Made by a program: the position numbers and the translations under genes
In this document: in pieces, positions 60,521 through 64,000 of the stretch
Numbering within the stretch: the first letter of the stretch is position 1
Layout of the letters: each line of letters opens with the position of its first letter
Assembly: GCA_963668175.1 (NCBI GenBank)
Contig: OY764159.1
Coordinates: 4,256,001-4,320,000 of the forward strand
DNA length: 64,000 nt
DNA from: Syntrophales bacterium
Lineage (GTDB): Bacteria; Desulfobacterota; Syntrophia; Syntrophales; PHBD01
Direction of reading: 5' to 3'
The notes under the pieces: generated by a model
Database searches by the model: none
Seen by the model: the letters and a program-made list of their open reading frames with translations, nothing else
What the model was told of the DNA's origin: nothing

Positions 60521-62029
60521 TTACCACCTGAAATGAATATTATGTAATGGAAGTTTCCGGTTATATTTTTCCCAGAATTTCCAGTACTTCAGAAGCAATT
60601 TCCAATCGATATCAAAAGAATACCAGTTATGGTCAACTCTAAATTTCGCGATGATATGGAAAAGCCTGTATAACCATTTAACATTTCCCTTCATCATCTT
60701 CCTCTTCATGACATCTGAAGGAAAGGCGGCAGGCAAATAGTATTTATCTTTTTTCATTACCTCATCTTCCATCTTTCTCGAAACCCATGGCATACGATTC
60801 TTCCTGGCACTAAAATCTTTCCATCCTTCCAGGGTTTCCGGCTCCTTAAATCCTTGCTGAATAGCTTTTTTGTATAGAGAGCTTATAGGATATGGCGTAT
60901 AAAAGTTGACCGGCACGATAGCCTCCGGGTCTCGTTCTTTTATTTCCTTAACAATTTGAAATACTTTTGAGATTTCTCCTTCTGGCTCACCCGGCATCCC
61001 AATGATAAAACTATAAAGTCCTCTTATATTGTGTCGTGCAAGTTTTTCCACACATTCCATCAAGTCGTCCAACTTCTGGTCTTTTTTTATGTAGTCCATC
61101 ATTTCCTGACTTCCGGCTTCAACACCAGGATGAAGGATATCACAGCCGGATTGCTTTAACAGACTGAGCATTTCTTCATTCATTCTGGCAATCGTTGTAT
61201 ATCGCGCCGTTGCAACCCATTTGACATTCAGTCTTCTGCGAATCATTTCCGTACAGAATTCTTTTAGATGGTTGATTGTCAGTACGAATGTCGGATCCTG
61301 AAAACTAATCTCAGTCACCCCATAGTCATTTACCAGTCTTTCGATTTCATCAACTGTACGTTGAGGTGTGTACCTAACCGATTTTCTAAGATAAACAATA
61401 GGTTCAGCACAGAATTCACATCTAAAGGGACAGCCTTGTTGCGTCCTAATGGTTGTATAGGTATCTGCAGGCGTGCTGGGTCTTCCCGGATATTTTTTGA
61501 GATCGATTAAATGGTAAGCCAAGGAAGGGAATTCATTTATATCCTGCAATTCCCTCATTCCGTTGTCAACAATCACGCCATTCTTCTTATAGAGCAACCC
61601 TTTTATCGAACTTGGGTCTCCATCTTTCTGAAAGACTCTGAGAAGTTCAGTAAACGTTATTTCTCCCTGTCCCCTGACAACATAGTCAATATAAGCATTG
61701 CTCAATGTCTGATGGGGTAAGAGTGACGGATGCCATCCGCCCCAAACGATAGGAATGTTTGGCGCAATTTCTTTTATTTTTCGTGATAGCTCTATACCAT
61801 CAGCAATCTGAGGCCCTGTTAAAGATGTAATCCCTACAGCCAGGCAGTCCTGAAGATCGCCCAATATTTTCTCCTTGGCATCACGGTTGATTCGCTTGTC
61901 ATAAATAACAACCTTAAATCCTTCCTTCTCCAGAAATGCGCCTAAAGCCATTAAGGAAAGAGGCGGTGCGATCATAGCAAGATTTTCTAATGTATCGGGG
62001 AAATATAAAATAACCTTAGAATGATTCAT
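60521..62029 (-). CDS. B12-binding-domain radical SAM protein
   Basis: PPLSLMALG, VWGGWHPS, VRGQGE, QGCPFRCEFC, GVEAGS. Confidence 0.88.
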   Translation of the reverse strand: MNHSKVILYFPDTLENLAMIAPPLSLMALGAFLEKEGFKVVIYDKRINRDAKEKILGDLQDCLAVGITSLTGPQIADGIELSRKIKEIAPNIPIVWGGWHPSLLPHQTLSNAYIDYVVRGQGEITFTELLRVFQKDGDPSSIKGLLYKKNGVIVDNGMRELQDINEFPSLAYHLIDLKKYPGRPSTPADTYTTIRTQQGCPFRCEFCAEPIVYLRKSVRYTPQRTVDEIERLVNDYGVTEISFQDPTFVLTINHLKEFCTEMIRRRLNVKWVATARYTTIARMNEEMLSLLKQSGCDILHPGVEAGSQEMMDYIKKDQKLDDLMECVEKLARHNIRGLYSFIIGMPGEPEGEISKVFQIVKEIKERDPEAIVPVNFYTPYPISSLYKKAIQQGFKEPETLEGWKDFSARKNRMPWVSRKMEDEVMKKDKYYLPAAFPSDVMKRKMMKGNVKWLYRLFHIIAKFRVDHNWYSFDIDWKLLLKYWKFWEKYNRKLPLHNIHFRW

Positions 62030-62203
62030 GACAATACCAGATTGATTACATGTTCAAATAATGCCTGAACTTCAGTGTTCATTGATCACGAGCAGCCTTA
62101 CGGACTATTCGGCTGATACAGCTCCGCCCTCTGGATTACACCAGAAGGCCGCCTCAGCAATCAGCCAGTCAAATGATCGAATCTTTACCAGCACATCTCC
62201 CGC

Positions 62204-62599
62204 TTAAAACGGGATTTTATCCTGCAGCGGTGCCGCTGTTTTTTCGCCAGCACCGACTTCATTCTTCAACTGCCTTATCTCGGCTTCCAGTTTTTCGTAT
62301 TCTTCCATTTTTCTTCGGAGAAAGTGATAGGTCGCCCGTGTTTTTTCTTCAAAGCCACGGGGGGTCAGGAAATAGAGATAGGCACTTTTTTGTTTGGAAT
62401 TCTTGAAGTTTTCCGCCTTGATCAGACCCTTATCTATTAATGCCTTGATAAGGAAATTGATCTTTCCGAGGCTCAATCCGAGACGCGACGACAGCTCCCG
62501 TTGGGTCATTTCCGGATTGGAACCTATTTCCCGGAGTACCCGCAGAGCCTCTTCCGTTTCCAGGTCGGTTTTGACGTTATCAGGCATCAAGAACCCCAT
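62204..62599 (-). CDS. MarR-family EPS-associated transcriptional regulator
   Basis: [30 protein letters not shown]...YLYFLTPRG winged HTH, placed at the head of the glycan island. Confidence 0.88.
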   Translation of the reverse strand: MGFLMPDNVKTDLETEEALRVLREIGSNPEMTQRELSSRLGLSLGKINFLIKALIDKGLIKAENFKNSKQKSAYLYFLTPRGFEEKTRATYHFLRRKMEEYEKLEAEIRQLKNEVGAGEKTAAPLQDKIPF

Positions 62600-62623
62600 C
62601 TGTTCAAGGTGTGAACAGATGGG
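62595..62623. promoter_or_regulatory. Perfect palindrome CCCATCTGTTCA-N5-TGAACAGATGGG; candidate operator of the MarR regulator
   Basis: 12-bp arms at 62595-62606 and 62612-62623; overlaps the regulator's first ATG (62597-62599). Confidence 0.7.
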
Positions 62624-62624
62624 A

Positions 62625-62653
62625 TAACTACGGGATTTCTAAAATATTGTCAA
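62625..62653 (-). promoter_or_regulatory. Candidate sigma70 promoter TTGACA-17bp-TAGTTA
   Basis: Perfect -35 at 62653-62648, 17-bp spacer, weak -10 at 62630-62625, immediately before the palindrome. Confidence 0.45.
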
Positions 62654-62702
62654 GAAAAAAATGGATTTAGCGACGGTCGACGGAAAGGTTATCCATGATA
62701 AG

Positions 62703-63632
62703 TCAGCGTGTGTTGTTGTCAGGCCGTAAATGCCACAGGATAAGACGGGAGTAGACGATCTGTTTGTTCCTGATTTCATTATGCAATCCCATGGTCAGGA
62801 CTGTCGCGGCCGACGTAAGCAGCCAATCGGCGAGGAGACGCATAAAAATGACGCCGGCGACCAGCCGATAATAGGAGAGGGCATGCCATTTATGAAAAAA
62901 CTTGTAACGGGAACGGTAAAATTCAATGCGGGAACGAACGTCCTTGCCGATACTCTGCCCCTGAAGATGGTAGATAAAAGCCGTCGGTACGTGAAAAATC
63001 TTCCAGCCCGCCTTCTTCATCGCATAGGCCCAATCCGTCTCTTCAAAAAAGAAAAAATAACGCTCATCGAGCTCACCCACCTCGTCGACGGCCTTTTTCC
63101 TGACGAGAAGGCAGGCGCCGATCCCGGAATCGACCTCGATCGGCTCCTTATAACGGTGTCTCTTGCTGGGATATTTTCGCGGCAGCAGATACTCGAGCAG
63201 GGGTGTATTCGTCATGAGGGTCAACAGCGTAGGAAAGCAGGCCACGGAATTCTGCTTGCTGCCGTCGGCATTAAGGAGCTGCCCGCAGGCCATCGCCGCC
63301 TCCGGGCAAGTTTCCATAAAGGAAAACAACTCCCGGACGGCGTTTTCCTGAAGAATCGTATCGGTATTTAGGAGCAGGGCGTAACGCCCGGACATGACCC
63401 GGAGGCCCTGGTTGTTGGCCGCGGCGAATCCGAGATTACGGCTGTTTTCGATCAGCCGGACGTGAGGAAAGAAGTTTCGCAGCATGTCGGTGCTGCCGTC
63501 CTGGGACCCGTTATCGACAACGATTATTTCATAGGACAAATCTTTTACCGTCCGCTCTATGGAGACCAGGCAGTTCTTGAGCAGCTCGTTCGTGTTCCAG
63601 TTGACGATGATAATCGAAATATCTTTAACCAT
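62703..63632 (-). CDS. GT2-family glycosyltransferase (WbbL-like)
   Basis: ISIIIVNWN, VVDNGSQDG, NLGFAAANN, LLNTD, GACLL, FFFEETDW; ATG 63632 preferred. Confidence 0.9.
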   Translation of the reverse strand: MVKDISIIIVNWNTNELLKNCLVSIERTVKDLSYEIIVVDNGSQDGSTDMLRNFFPHVRLIENSRNLGFAAANNQGLRVMSGRYALLLNTDTILQENAVRELFSFMETCPEAAMACGQLLNADGSKQNSVACFPTLLTLMTNTPLLEYLLPRKYPSKRHRYKEPIEVDSGIGACLLVRKKAVDEVGELDERYFFFFEETDWAYAMKKAGWKIFHVPTAFIYHLQGQSIGKDVRSRIEFYRSRYKFFHKWHALSYYRLVAGVIFMRLLADWLLTSAATVLTMGLHNEIRNKQIVYSRLILWHLRPDNNTR

Positions 63633-63693
63633 AGAGGTATATCGGCCAGATCCCGGCCCAATGTGCGATAATCGCAACAGAATAGCTGAAAGT

Positions 63694-64000
63694 TCACGCT
63701 TTCCGGCGGTTCTTCCGCACCAATTCGCTCAGTTTGGCATATTTAAAAAATTTGTTCACCGAATCCGTCACCGCAAGCGTCAGTCCCTGAAAACCGTCCA
63801 GCATGCCCAATCGTAAGAAGTAGTTCTGGAAGAAAACGAGGCCGGCGCGCAGGAATGCATACCCGACCGTGGCCCTTTTTCCAGCGGCGAAAGATTCCTG
63901 GGCTCCCAGGGTGGAGTATCGGTCGATTTTAAAGAGAATAGCGGAAAGGCGGCTTTCCGTCAGATGAATGAGGGGAACGTCCAAATCGACAACTTGGCCG
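63694..64000 (-). CDS. GT2 glycosyltransferase C-terminus (KdtX/WaaE-like); 5' end outside window
   Basis: PLIH...KIDRYSTLGA...FFQNYFLRLGMLDGFQGL..A...FFKYAKL. Confidence 0.75.
   Translation of the reverse strand, partial: GQVVDLDVPLIHLTESRLSAILFKIDRYSTLGAQESFAAGKRATVGYAFLRAGLVFFQNYFLRLGMLDGFQGLTLAVTDSVNKFFKYAKLSELVRKNRRKA

Noticed and set aside
62030..62203. ops/JUMPStart antitermination element ahead of the long operon
   Set aside because: No GGCGGTAG-like match seen; only weak hairpins
452..63816. Numerous plus-strand and nested ORFs in the track (e.g. 19861-20595, 31086-31832, 34935-35729, 62730-63371)
   Set aside because: They are antisense or out-of-frame shadows of well-supported minus-strand genes and show no recognisable motifs
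1..64000. CRISPR arrays, tRNA/rRNA, IS elements, integrases
   Set aside because: No regularly spaced repeats, RNA-gene signatures or transposase/recombinase motifs seen by eye; nearly all sequence is accounted for by CDS

Overview
The window is almost entirely one giant, co-directional (all minus-strand) bacterial surface-glycan (O-antigen/EPS/protein-glycosylation-type) biosynthesis island of about 56 genes, and it continues past the left edge. Reading in the direction of transcription, it starts at the right with two GT2 genes. A MarR-type EPS-associated regulator follows, with a perfect 12-5-12 palindrome over its start. Next come two parallel nonulosonic-acid-like modules, each with a NeuB synthase, two SpsF-type cytidylyltransferases, a closely related DegT aminotransferase, a Gfo/Idh/MocA oxidoreductase and an orphan GT-B-like protein. 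There is also a Wzx flippase and an HpcH aldolase/KdsB/PGDH-like/cyclase/HAD module. The tailoring set is very large: 4 AsnB-like and 2 N-acetyl-sugar amidotransferases, 5 class I methyltransferases, 3 radical SAM enzymes (2 B12-binding), a carbamoyltransferase, a formyltransferase, WbqC, 2 deacetylases and 2 GNATs. The most notable features are three. (1) An 880-aa fusion of an N-acetyl-sugar amidotransferase with an intact amidase-signature (GatA-like) domain, in a window with no HisH/HisF, suggesting an alternative ammonia-delivery system. (2) An AsnB lacking its catalytic N-terminal Cys. (3) A nucleotide-sugar dehydrogenase with Cys replaced by Asp, near an aldolase-like gene. No RNA genes, CRISPR arrays or mobile elements were recognised. 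All product calls come from motif recognition by eye; no database search was run.
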